64,000 nucleotides of DNA from Octopus sinensis (taxonomy: Eukaryota), in assembly GCF_006345805.1 (NCBI RefSeq), contig NC_043000.1, positions 128,774,001-128,838,000 on the forward strand, written 5' to 3'. The notes beneath the pieces are model-generated. The model was not told the DNA's origin and ran no database searches. It saw only the letters and a program-made list of their open reading frames with translations. This document shows, piece after piece, positions 53,221-64,000 of this stretch (its first letter is position 1; every line of letters begins with the position of its first letter). Position numbers and translations under genes: made by a program.

Positions 53221-55058
53221 GCCACTCTCTTTCCTAAAAGTAATTAATGATAGACATTGTTGGTATAAAAAGTCAATCTGAGAAATGATGGCGATATCAA
53301 CCTAAAAGTTTATGCAGTAGTTAAAAGCGAAATTTTCTCCGGATGATTCTTTCTAGGTGTAACCTAATGGGAAGTAATTTGGCGCAAAATAAAGGGAAGT
53401 GGGATAGCAAAGCAGTTATACGTTGTTTGGTTCCGAATCCTCGGATGTAATCTGTAGAGCTAAGAGTTTTATTAATTCTTTGGGGACTTCTTTCGTACTT
53501 TTTTGACGTCAGGCATTTCTTCTACAGACACGCTTTTCCTCTTAGGTGATTTAAAAAGAGGCTCACTAAAGCATGCCCGGAGACGTGGGTGCCTGATGCG
53601 ATACCTCTTCCACGCCTCTTCCATATCACCTCTTTCGCTATAGCTATAACTGCTAGAAACCAGAAGTTCTCTTCTCCTTTTAGCGGAGACAGCGGAACGA
53701 TCTTAATAATCGATTCGGCAGGCAGCTGTACTCTCCCCAGCTGTGACAGTACCCTTTTGGTAGAAAACCACAGGTCCGAGAGACTTGGACACTGTAAAAT
53801 TGCATGCAGAACAGTTTAGTTGCTCTACCTGCAACGTGGGCACCTAGGCGAAACCATGACATTATGCCTCGCAAGTTTATTCCGAACTGGCAAGGCACTT
53901 CGGAAGCACAGCCAAGCCAGGGACTTCTGGAAGTTGCCTATAGGTCCCAGGCCAAAAGTCCTTCGATGCAGGTTGGCAAGCTGACTTTAATTGAAACCCA
54001 GAGTCTCCCCCAAACCGTCATCACACTTGCCCTCTACCAGCCTCTATAGTACGCCGAGGTGGTACCCCTCCACCGGCATTGCTCGTTCGGGAGAGAAGTA
54101 CGAGCGCCTGTCGACACTCTGCTTGCCAAGCTCCCAGCCTTTGTCTACGCCTCATCCAGCTTGCCATTTCACCAAAAGAGGTGAACCTGGGAAATATCTA
54201 ATGAACGAACGGAGACCACTCCCGCTCACCGTCCAGGTAGAGCCAAAGATGACTCAACCTCAGCGCATGCCTGCGCATCTTTGGCCACGGCACCCCTAAC
54301 CCACCCTTTAGCGGCTGTTGTCAGCAGATAGAGCGCCTTACAAGAGGTACCTGCCCTCCCACAAGAAGTGAAAGAGTATGCGTTCCAACTTGTTTAGCCA
54401 CAAATCAGAGTACGGCACGACGGTTAGGTGGTATGTAATGACAGATGCGATAAACCCATTTGCTACCTCCGCCCTCCCTTTCAAGGATAGCTTCCGCCCA
54501 GACCAGGTCTGAGTTATGGACGTCACTCTGCACGTAATCTCGCTCCAATTCTTCTCTATCTGGAGGTCTTAACAGCAAGCCAAGTTGACATAGTTTGATA
54601 TTGGGCCCCTAGACCCGACTGGACAACTGCACCGTATACTTATGCCATAACGCGGCTCTGACTGTAGAGAGTCAAAGTCTTTTTGGAGAATTTTAGTGCT
54701 ATGTGCTATGAAGAATACTGGACTTTCATGAAAGATCCTTAATATTTTTACTGATCTAAAAATTTGAAGTGGTCGGTGGAAACTATTTCTATTAGGCCAC
54801 TCTCTTTCCTAAAAGTAAGTAATGATAGACCCTGTTGGCATAAAAAGTCTATCTGAGAAATGATGGCGATATCAACCTAAAAGTTTATGCAGTTGTTAAA
54901 AGCGAAATTTTCTCCGGATGATTCTTTCTAGGTGTAACCTAATGGGAAATAATTTGGCGCAAAGTAAAGGGAAGTGGGATAGCAAAGCAGTTATACGTTG
55001 TTTGGTTCCGAATCCTCGGATGTAATCTGTAGAGCTAAGAGTTTTATTAATTCTTTGG
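53221..55058 (+). repeat. 263-bp direct repeats (53221-53483 and 54796-55058) flanking a Tx1 LINE fragment
   Basis: Constant 1575-bp offset with about a dozen substitutions. Confidence 0.9.
53484..54625 (-). mobile_element. Tx1/L1-clade LINE fragment (post-RT region)
   Basis: DLQIEKNWSEITCRVTSITQTWSGRKLSLKGRAEVANGFIASVITYHLTVVP ... LERILFHFLWEG ... CCQQPLKGGLGVPW. GC-rich relative to flanks. Confidence 0.85.
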
Positions 55059-55399
55059 TTAATGAAATTAAATTTTGCTTTTCTTCTTTTCTTTTGGCTG
55101 TCTTGTAGTGATGTCACATGAAGATAAATAATAATCAACCAGTGGCTTGTGGCAGGCAGTTTCTAGGATCTCAAACAGAGAAAAACTTGCAGCTATTTTA
55201 TATTTTCTCAGTCACCCTTAAAGCATTTTTTAGATCTACTGAAGTACACTATATGTGACTTAAGAACGTGTATCAAATGGAAGTATAAATACGAATGCAC
55301 TTCTTGAGTTGAATTCGGTACCATGTGAGCAACTGATTCAGTAGAGTGGGGTGTCATTCTGCGAAATTCTGCATAGAGATAGTACTTCCGTTGTTTTTG

Positions 55400-55781
55400 G
55401 ATGTAAAGTGTATTCGTCTCAAAAAGATCAGGTTTCGGCTGCGCAGAATCACCTTGATTATGTCGAGGAAGATAAAAACTTCCTTGAAAACGGTGACAAC
55501 AGATGATAAATCATGAGTCTATGGCTGTGATCCCGAAACCAAAACACAAATCAAATCCCACTTGACAGGAACAAGATTTCAAGATGTCAAGGAAAAGCAA
55601 GAGAATGCTCGCTATCCCCAAAACGGAGTTCCAGGAATGCTCCCATCAATAGAAACGACACTGGATAAAGTGTGTGGCTTCAGAAGGGGACTACTTTGGA
55701 TGAGATTAAATGGTGGATTTATATGTGTTGTAGTTTTCTTTTTATAACACCAGTGCCGTTAATTTTTGATCAGACCTCGTA
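55400..55781 (+). mobile_element. Mariner transposon remnant (internally deleted) with right TIR
   Basis: FLENVTT.DKS.VYGCDPETK-like DD34D N-motif, RFQDVKE, KTEFQEC..Q.KRHWIKCVASEGDY. Ends TTTTTGATCAGACCTCG|TA. Confidence 0.75.
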
Positions 55782-57130
55782 CGTGGTTTTGTGTGTTGTT
55801 AATAAAAGTTAATGTTGTGGAGATGGCCATAACGATGACAACGACAACGAAAATAATAACGCGAAAGGAAGAGTGAATGATGGGGAGGGGGGATTGAGGG
55901 GAGGGGTAAATGAAGGGGAGGGTGTAAATAAAGATGAGAGGTAAATGTGGGGGAAGGGTAAATGAAAGAGAGGAGGAAGAATAAATGAGGATGATAGTGA
56001 TGACAGTAATGACTATAATTATTATAAATGGTCATAATGATTGCAATTTCACGCAAGATCGGACAAAGATATTCTGTTTGCTCTCTACATAGTATTACAA
56101 ATAACATGGTTTCAAGTCCCACATCACAGACTATTTTCATTCTCTTTATGTCAACTTTAGTCCCCCACCTTCGGGAAAAAAACAGCAGAAAAACCTTACT
56201 TAATATATACTTGTTTTGAAAGTATAGCTCATTAACAAATTTAGTTAAATACATAGTTTTCTTTCTAATTACCACTACAAACCGCAAGTAGACTGATTTC
56301 CACTCTGAAGTAATTATTGTTTCTAATTTAGGCACAAACCCAGCAAAACTCGTACTTATTTTATCAACCCCGAAATAATGAAAGGAAAATCGTTCATTAC
56401 AGTGAAATTTCAACAAATACGGCGCAGTATTTTGTCGCTCTAACGATTCTGTCAATCCAACACTTTCTGATGTAATTATAAAAGGAGCAAACATAACATC
56501 TAACTTGCTAAATACTTCCTTCACCTCAATTCGCAGAATACATACACACGCATATACACATGTACCTACGTGTAGGCACACAAATGTGCACTCATACATG
56601 CTTTCACGTGTACACACGTTACATTAGTCATGAGGAACGCAAGAAGAGTGCTCAACACTGGGGAACAGGGTGTGTAAATATTTTTTTATCCAAAATAGTC
56701 ATCACAATATCTAATACCTTTGGTTTCCTGCTAATAGAGCGAGTTTACAAGCTTTTGTCTGTAGTTTAATTTAGGGAATTATTGATTCCATACGAATTAA
56801 AGATAACCGTTTAGCAAATAGCTGTAACTTGTAGTTTCTACAATACAACTATACATACATATGCACACACACACACACACACACGCGGACTTTAGGTTAA
56901 TCAAAATATGTTTGTGACATATTTCACTGCAGTTACCGTGGAGAAAAAAATTCTCGCTTATGGTAAAAGACGCAAAAATACTAATCTGCTCAGTGTCTCT
57001 ACACGGTAACAGTAGTGAATTTATTTTTAGGAGTTGAAATGTGAAACAACCATATTTTAACTAACCTAAAGTTCGTCTATTCCTCATCACTGCTTAGTGT
57101 TGATACCCTTGTGTGTGTGTGTGTGTGTGT

Positions 57131-57855
57131 ATGCATAAATAATTAAGGATAAAATCATTTAATGATCTTATCAGTGGCCAGCATGTGATATGTTTTTCAG
57201 TACCCTTAATTATAATTATATTTAATTATATACACACACACACATATATATATTATATAAATTCCGTTCTGTCTGTGTATGCCTTCTAGGATCTCGGGCA
57301 TCCTCCATCCGATTGATATGTAGATACCGACGGTATCAGGGCGTGTATAAGTCTTGAAAAAATTACAAAAATCGATTCAGGTGAGAATGCGATCGATAAA
57401 GCCGTGGAAACCGCATTTGTAAAATCGTTTTTCTTGGAATAGAAAAAAGTCTATCTTTATTTCTTCTTTGCTAGTGTCTCAAATTTAGGTAAAAATCATC
57501 AGTGTTTCTCAAAGGGTAGGCCTATGGGACGGTTGGACAAGTTGTTTTGAGAAAATTTGGTTTAAATGTTTGACAACTCAGCACCGTCCATTGGACGGGG
57601 GCGTTTTGCTCGTGTATATATATATATATACGCCATGATAGACGCCATGATAGATCGTTAGCTTCTACACGCATTTTTTCTCTCCTTTTTTTTCTCCTTG
57701 TTTCTCTCCTTGTTTTTTTCTGTGTATCTTTCTGTCGAAGAGCGTAGGCTCGAAACGTAAAAGACTTTTTCTATTCCTGAGCGCTATACTAATATATTTG
57801 TTTGTTTCTACTGCACCTGCCTTCGTCTTTTGTTTATTTTCATAAACTTTCCCTT

Positions 57856-57895
<40 letters not shown>

Positions 57896-58041
57896 TGTGT
57901 GTGTGTGGTGTGTGTGTTGTGTGTGTGTGTGTGTGTGTGTATGCATAAATAATTAAGGATAAAATCATTTAATGATCTTATCAGTGGCCAGCATGTGATA
58001 TGTTTTTCAGTACCCTTAATTATAATTATATTTAATTATAT

Positions 58042-58073
<32 letters not shown>

Positions 58074-58665
58074 TATATAAATTCCGTTCTGTCTGTGTAT
58101 GTCTTCTAGGATCTCGGGCATCCTCCATCCGATTGATATGTAGATACCGACGGTATCAGGGCGTGTATAAGTCTTGAAAAAATTACAAAAATCGATTCCA
58201 GGTGAGAATGCGATCGATAAAGCCGTGGAAACCTGCATTTGTAAAATCGTTTTTCTTGGAATAGAAAAAAGTCTATCTTTATTTCTTCTTTTGCTAATGT
58301 CTCAAATTTAGGTAAAAATCATCAGTGTTTCTCAAAGGGTAGGCCTATGGGACGGTTGGACAAGTTGTTTTGAGAAAATTTGGTTTAAATGTTTGACAAC
58401 GGGGGCGTTTTGCTCGTGTATATATATATATACGCCATGATAGACGCCATGATAGATCGTTAGCTTCTACACGCATTTTTTCTCTCCTTTTTTTTCTCCT
58501 TGTTTCTCTCCTTGTTTTTTTCTGTGTATCTTTCTGTCGAAGAGCGTAGGCTCGAAATGTAAAAGACTTTTTCTATTCCTGAGCGCTATACTAATATATT
58601 TGTTTGTTTCTACTACACCTGCCTTCGTTTTTTGTTTATTTTCATAAACTTTCCCTTTATATATA
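57131..58665 (+). repeat. ~810-bp tandem duplication of a Helitron-like 5' segment plus HHR family 2 repeat
   Basis: Copy 1 ~57131-57860 and copy 2 ~57941-58665 are near-identical with small indels and bounded by (GT)n. HHR-like motifs lie at 57727-57764 and 58529-58566. Confidence 0.9.
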
Positions 58666-58667
58666 TG

Positions 58668-58724
<57 letters not shown>

Positions 58725-59029
58725 CTGAGTAAACTTTATCTGTATAACATATTCAATGTTTGCGTGTTGTTGAAAAATCGATAATAGGGCCCCTAGAAGG
58801 GATCCTTATATATAACTAATATATTTTATTTTTAGAATTATTTTCGCAATTTATCCAGCACAACCCTTAAACAAGTAAATAGCATTTTCCTAAACAATAG
58901 ATCCACTTATTTCGGTTATTGACTTATTCAGGAATACACCATGAATGACGATTCCTTTCATGTCGCTCAGCCAATTGACAAGCGCTGCATGAAGAACTGT
59001 TCTGCTTTTAGACAAATGCATTGTCAACA

Positions 59030-60019
59030 CAAAGGTCACACCCTATTTATATGTAGGAACACCTTGAAATCTATCTGTACATCTTGAAAATGGTCAGCGT
59101 ATATATTTCACAGAAGACAATGCTCGAAACGTAGTTCTGAATCTACCAGAAACTACTTTGACAGCTTTCTTAAAATTATGCCAGTGTGATCTGTTTGACC
59201 GAGCATTGTTGTATCTAGTGGTCCCCGTGTACTATACCTGGACACACAATAGATGGAACGGACGCGAGCAAGGAACATGCATTGAGGGCTGGGAAGAAGA
59301 TGCTATCTTCAGAAGTGGGACCATCGGGCGGGTGTTCAGTGTGCACCCTAATCAACAGGAGTGCTTCTTTCTGCATCTACTGCTACACACTGTCAGAGGT
59401 CCTACATCATTTACAGACTTTCGAAAACACAATGGGAAGTCTGCACGCCCAATAGAGAAGCCTGGGCCAAACATAGACTACTGGAGGGCGATGCTTACTG
59501 GGACCAGACACTGGAAAAGGCAGCAGTCAGCACAGCACTAAGTCAACTGTGCCAGCTATTTTTTATCATGTTGATGACATGTGGCTTGCGTGAACCCCAC
59601 AAGCTTTGGGCGATTCACAAAACCAGCATGGCAGAAGACATATAGAAAGGATTCAAGGGCAAACCTCAGCGGAAATTGCTACGTTCAATAACGCCATTTA
59701 CAATGAGGCATTACTTGACCTAGACGCCCGAGTGCAAGCTATGGGAGGTCAAGGCAATTTCACATTTGGTCTGCCTCAACCAGAGCAGGCAGCAAACAAT
59801 CTCGCAATTGAGTACCTGCGAGAAATGAGCTATGATGTCGCGGAAATGACGGCGTATATAGCTGATAAAGAACACAAACTGATGGAGGATCAACTGGGTG
59901 TTTATAATACCATTATTTCGAGCATTGAAAATGGAAGAGGTCTTTTCTTTCTGGATGCTCCATGTGGAACTGGCAAAAGATTTGTCATCAACGTTCTTCG
60001 GCTAAACTGCGCCAAATGA
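59030..60019 (+). mobile_element. Helitron RepHel fragment (pseudogenised; Rep-helicase linker to PIF1 motif I)
   Basis: LSVHLENGQRIYFTEDNA, TTLTAFLKLCQ, IGRVFSVHPNQQECFFLHLLLHTVRGPTSF, LLEGDAYWDQTL, GLFFLDAPCGTGKRFVIN. Frameshifted and truncated. Confidence 0.9.
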
Positions 60020-60288
60020 AACACTGCCACACACACACACACACACACGGATTTTTCCCTCTTCAGTAGAGAATACGATTAGAAATAAATGTAATACGTA
60101 CAAGCACCCTTGGAAAAAAGCAGAAGCAAGAGTCATGTGTACACATAAGTACCCCAGTTATATCTAAATGTAAAATCCTTTATGTAGCCTCAGCACACGT
60201 GTGACTAGTGCCGAACCACAACTTTTATGGTTACCAGTCCCGAAGTGAACGGTAATAAATTACTTCTAATATAGGATAAAAAATGTTT

Positions 60289-60340
<52 letters not shown>

Positions 60341-60342
<2 letters not shown>

Positions 60343-60500
60343 GATGGCCTTCTTTCAGTTTCCGTCTACCAAATCCACTCCCAAGTCCTGGGTCCGCCCA
60401 AAGGTATAGTAGACGACACTTGCTCAAGGTAGGTGCCACGCATTGAGATTGAATCTGGAACCATGTGGTTGAGAAGCAGGCTTCTTACCACACCTGCGCC
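60341..60500 (-). mobile_element. Family B SINE, 5' half
   Basis: cttctttcagtttccgtctaccaaatccact ... gaaccatgtggttgagaagcaggcttcttaccacac. Confidence 0.8.
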
Positions 60501-60807
60501 TATATTTATAATATTCATTCAGTCATTCTTTCTTTTTCTCTTTATGTGTTTTGTTTCTTCATTAATTTCTTTGTTTTTCTCCTTCCGGTCTCTATTTTGT
60601 TTATTTATTTACTTATTTCTACTTTTTCTTTTTATATTTCCTATACTTCCCTCTTTCCACGATTTTCATCATATTTCACTTCTTCTGTTGCATCTCTCCC
60701 TTTCTCTTTCTCTCTCACTCACTCTCTTTCTCTCCACTTTTCTCTTCCTTCTCTTCATTTCTTCCCTCTCCTTCCTACTTTATCCTCTTACTTTATTCCC
60801 ACCCTCT

Positions 60808-60860
<53 letters not shown>

Positions 60861-60969
60861 AATTCTCTAATCTATTATTGATAAACTCTATAAGCAATTA
60901 TATTATACAAATCATCAAAGTTCATGGCATTGTCCTATCCGAGTTATTTCCTTTCGCATATTTTTTCTT

Positions 60970-61027
60970 TTAACAATTAAATAAATTTATATATATATAT
61001 TATATATATAATATATATATATATATC

Positions 61028-61087
<60 letters not shown>

Positions 61088-61645
61088 TATATTATATATA
61101 TATATATATATAAACATGTCGTTAACTTATTTGTGTTATTTCCCTTGACTCATTTGATCAATTTTTTTAATAATAATATCAAGCCGAACATCATTCCTTC
61201 TTATTTCTTCGTACTCTACCTACCTACTTACCTATCTCAGCAACGCACGAACCTACTTATGCTAATTGCTCACCCATTTACCAACCTACCAACCAAGCTA
61301 CATATCCACCCATATACCTACCTACCCTGGTATCTTCTCGCCAAATTAATGAAACCCACCCACGTAATAAAAAAAAAAATACTTTAAACATCTTTCCATT
61401 ACACCGTCACCTCAGCGTCATCATTACCACTGCCACCAGCACCGCCACTACTACTACTACAAAACTGCCAATGCCATTCTTTTAGCATTGGCACTACCCA
61501 CATCCTTACATTCCTTTACAAACATCTTACAGAGCTTAAGGGAGAACTATCTACACCCATCAACCCTAACAAACTCCACCAGTAATCACACCACCACCAC
61601 CACCACTACTGCTGTTACTGCTGCTTTTGATGTTGTTGCTGTTGT

Positions 61646-61684
<39 letters not shown>

Positions 61685-61691
61685 AACAACA

Positions 61692-61727
<36 letters not shown>
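60970..61727. repeat. (TA)n, (ACT)n, (ACA)n and (GCT)n simple repeats and low-complexity DNA
   Basis: Directly visible. Confidence 0.9.
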
Positions 61728-64000
61728 ACCACCATCAACACCTCACATAGGCATCACCTTCTCGAATCAGTACCCGCCTACGCATGAATCAACGAGGAGA
61801 AGCTCTACACAGTAGTTCATGATGCTAAAAATAGCTGTGAAATCCCTATCAAATCACACCATGCTTTGCTAAAAAAAGAGTAAACACATTTGATAATGTA
61901 GTCCTAGGCATCCCTAAAGAAAAACATGATGGTCACTGTTGGAATGACTGCATTAATAGAACGTCGGACAAAATGTCTTGCGTGGGTACTTAACTAGGGC
62001 GTTTTACATTCTGAGTTGAAATTAATCCCTTCCGGAGTGGTAAAATACAGAACCAGTCTAGTACTGTATCAATGTATGTACCAAAAGAGTATGTTAGATA
62101 TGAGTGGAATTATAATAGTTCACGACTATGAGGTTTTGGGTTCAGTCCCACTAAACAAAACTTCGACAAGTGCTTTTTACCAAAGCCCTGGAACTGTGTC
62201 GAAACCCCTTCGGAAGAGCTGTTCCTGTTTTGTCGACTGTTGGTAGACTTAATCTGTTGCCTTGTTATAACACCATTAGCTAGGGTATGAATACCGTTAG
62301 CAGAGGTTTTTCTGTTGCAAGTACTCACGGTCAGATCTGAGTATGAAGGTTACTCCAAACGTCCACAATCTTCTGTAAGTATCGAAGGTCCTGAAAAAGT
62401 TTATGGCCGACTACATTTCTTCTGAACAAACTATTAAAAAAAAAAAGGTGGAGTGTGGTGCTATGTAAACTGAGTGACTAATCAAGTATACCACGACCCT
62501 TGAAACGCGGGATAGCTCATCCGACAGACTTCCAGTCAGTTCCAATTCTGCCCAATTACATTTACATGTCTTGGGTGGTAGAGGTTAGAAAAGAAGAAAC
62601 TTGCTCAAGATTTTTTTGTAGCGCGAAGGTTAACAGTAGAGATAAGTGTACTGTTTAGAATAACAAGAGCACTAATTGCCTCTCAAAATACTAAGGCACA
62701 AGCCTACAGATTTAGTAACGAGTTGAGTCAGCTTAATCGATTTCAGTGCTTTGCTTGTAACTATCAAATCGATCCCGGAGGGTAAAAATAGCTATGTCAA
62801 CTCAGGCTAGATTTGAACTTGTAAGATAGCGGCACATCTAAAAGTGAAAGAATATTTTGCACGGCGTTTTACCTATTCCGCTAACAGCAGTGATGGCGGT
62901 AGGGATGGTGGTATTCTTGGTGATGGTGGTATTCTTGGTGATGGTGGTGGAGGATGATTCCTTACTACTACGTCTACACCCATTAACCGGTGATGAAAAT
63001 GGTGGGGAGTACGAAGGGGAACGGCATTCCCTTACTTTTCAGCTCACAGAAGGAGGAGTAACTTAAAGCTTCTTGCTCTATGTTCTATGGCCTCGGCCTC
63101 AGCTTCTTGGGCCTTTCCCATACCCCTAGTCCCTAATGCTGATTTTCATCACTGCCACCAGCAGTATCGCAACAAATGGGAACCTAAGGGCTAATTCCCT
63201 GCGCGGTAACTCGACCTGCTAATAGTTGCAACGAAAATACTCTCAAAATACATGCCCACTGTCTTATAAAAGGAAGGAAAGATTGGTTTATGTAGTCCTA
63301 CATACGCTGTGCCAAAAAAAGAGAAAAAAAAAACGGACACTAGATGGTCATGGCTTGGATACCTTTGGTCAAGGGTTTACTCGACCAGGTCTGACCTGGG
63401 GTTTAAACAGCAGAAGCACCAACGTAATTTTCTTTCTGTGTATAGTGGTGGCAGTGGTGGAGTAGGTGGTACATCACTCAATGAGTGCTGCTCCATCACC
63501 ACCACCACCACCATCATCGCCACCACCTCTTTCTCCGCCACATTCACACACAAATATTCCCCCACCACTCCATCCCACACATAGACAGTTATGAGAGTAC
63601 ACACACACATACACACACACACACGCGCGCACACAACATGAATGAAATTATTAACGACGCAGAGCTAGGCAGAATCACTCGATAAAATCTGGAGCTACAC
63701 CTCCACGTGTTCTAGATACGACACATGCGTTTGCACGCGTTTCTCTCATTCACATGTTTTCCCATTCATGAAATGCTAACACCACCGCCGCCGTCGCCAT
63801 CATCTCACCATCATCACTATCACTATCACTATCATCAACGCCACCGCCGCAAGAGCCGCCTCCCTCATCGACTACTGCTTGCTTACAACTGCTTGCTATG
63901 CTACTGGTGTTGTTGCCACCGCATTACTGACGTTTGATAGTAATGTGGGTAGATACGAAAGGGGTGGTACTCGGTGGTGGTGGTGGTGGTGGTGGTGGTG

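Noticed and set aside
53221-55058. LTR retrotransposon
   Set aside because: The repeats lack TG...CA ends, PBS and PPT, and the interior is a non-LTR Tx1 fragment.
55799-56617. Longest non-microsatellite ORF (272 aa, minus strand)
   Set aside because: It runs through a (GT) tract, a decayed family A SINE (~56320-56460) and a purine-rich low-complexity tract. It has no recognisable domain and is most likely a chance open frame.

Overview
AT-rich, microsatellite-saturated eukaryotic DNA, either intergenic or deep intronic. The SINE families and simple-repeat density match what I recall of octopus/cephalopod genomes (inference, not a database result). I cannot support any intact host gene, tRNA, rRNA or CRISPR array. 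The window is a graveyard of transposons: two tRNA-derived SINE families, several R4/Dong-type non-LTR fragments (RT plus restriction-like endonuclease), CR1, Tx1/L1 and other LINE relics, a truncated Gypsy LTR element, Penelope-like (PLE) GIY-YIG relics, Helitron pieces, Tc1/mariner relics, a hAT MITE and palindromic MITEs. The most notable signal is RNA-level: at least five unrelated repeat families carry type I hammerhead ribozyme (HHR) motifs. These are a canonical CUGAUGA/GAAA/GUC hammerhead in each unit of a 1080-bp tandem duplication (24140, 25220), a degenerate ~330-410-bp tandem array resembling a non-LTR retrozyme (42550-43660, plus a copy at ~40200-40520), a perfect 140-bp-arm palindrome whose hammerhead has an apparent compensatory U3:A8 core (14144-14508), and two PLE-like minimal-HHR families. 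All folds were paired by eye and none has been tested.
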